A stretch of DNA of 64,000 bases from an uncultured Thermoproteaceae archaeon (lineage in GTDB: Archaea; Thermoproteota; Thermoprotei; Thermoproteales; Thermocladiaceae). Below are positions 63,418-64,000 of this stretch, piece after piece. Positions within the stretch are counted from its first letter, which is position 1. Every line of letters starts with the position of its first letter. The DNA lies in assembly GCA_964575955.1 (NCBI GenBank), contig CAZNTG010000006.1, positions 384,001-448,000 on the forward strand, read 5' to 3'. The notes under the pieces were generated by a model. That model did no database searches. It saw only the letters and a list, made by a program, of their open reading frames with translations, and was not told the origin of the DNA. The position numbers and the translations under genes were made by a program.

Positions 63418-64000
63418 ATGTCAACAGGAGACTTTATACCATACTACTCCTACTATGTTGATCCCGTACTAGTATTAATACTTGGTGCAATATGCTCAAT
63501 AATACCTGCAATAATATTGATAATAGGATTATATAGAATGTACCAATTTGTAAAACCATCACTTGGAGATCGTAGACAGAATGTTATTAAAGCATTTTTC
63601 TATACATTAATTGAAGAATTTATAATACATAGAAATCTTTCAAAATGTAGACCTGAATGGACTAGATGGATTTTACATCAGATGGTTCTATGGGGTATGG
63701 TTATTCTTGTCGGCTGTACAGGTTTTGACGCAATTGTCGATCATGAAGATATTCTCCTCTGTGGTCTTGCAAATCCATACCTAAAACCTATTGCTGAAGC
63801 AATGTTACCACCATATCTACACAATGTTCCTCTAAGTGCTGCAATTGCTGCATGTGGTAGAGTTATGCATACACTTGCAGACCCTGTAAAGATTCTATAC
63901 AACATTGGTGGTATATTACTAGTAGCTGGATGTATAGGTCTTATTGTTAGAAGATTTGTAAATAAGGATGCTCGTGAATGTGTTATAGCATACGACTGGT
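63418..64000 (+). CDS. QmoC-like membrane cytochrome b domain (runs off window)
   Basis: my translation: TM helix, EEFIIHRNLSKC....RWILHQMVLWG, DPVKILYNIGG; follows Qmo genes. Confidence 0.75.
   Translation, partial: MSTGDFIPYYSYYVDPVLVLILGAICSIIPAIILIIGLYRMYQFVKPSLGDRRQNVIKAFFYTLIEEFIIHRNLSKCRPEWTRWILHQMVLWGMVILVGCTGFDAIVDHEDILLCGLANPYLKPIAEAMLPPYLHNVPLSAAIAACGRVMHTLADPVKILYNIGGILLVAGCIGLIVRRFVNKDARECVIAYDW

Overview
This is an AT-rich archaeal chromosome segment. The gene content (Csl4, RpoL, DUF2067, class I LysRS, Pps, C/D box sRNAs, mostly leaderless genes) and a GAATCTCAAAAAGAGGATTGAAAG CRISPR repeat point to a hyperthermophilic Thermoprotei member, probably Thermoproteales-like. Housekeeping genes fill 0.1-22.4 kb and 47.5-57.8 kb. 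The accessory parts are: (i) a ~5 kb decaying defence-type island (ABC-ATPase, PD-(D/E)XK-like partner, broken HNH gene) bracketed by a 13-bp direct repeat that overlaps the 3' end of a C/D box sRNA; (ii) a complete type I-A CRISPR-Cas locus between two arrays whose repeats differ at 2 nt, with tRNA-Val inside it, a probable csa5 remnant and a motif shared by three cas promoters; (iii) a dissimilatory sulfur block with aprB divergent from aprA, a single QmoB/QmoA/QmoB mosaic subunit and QmoC split into two flanking genes. Also notable are a deoxyhypusine synthase homologue missing its catalytic-lysine loop and three C/D box sRNAs absent from the ORF track. All calls come from reading motifs by eye; no searches were run.
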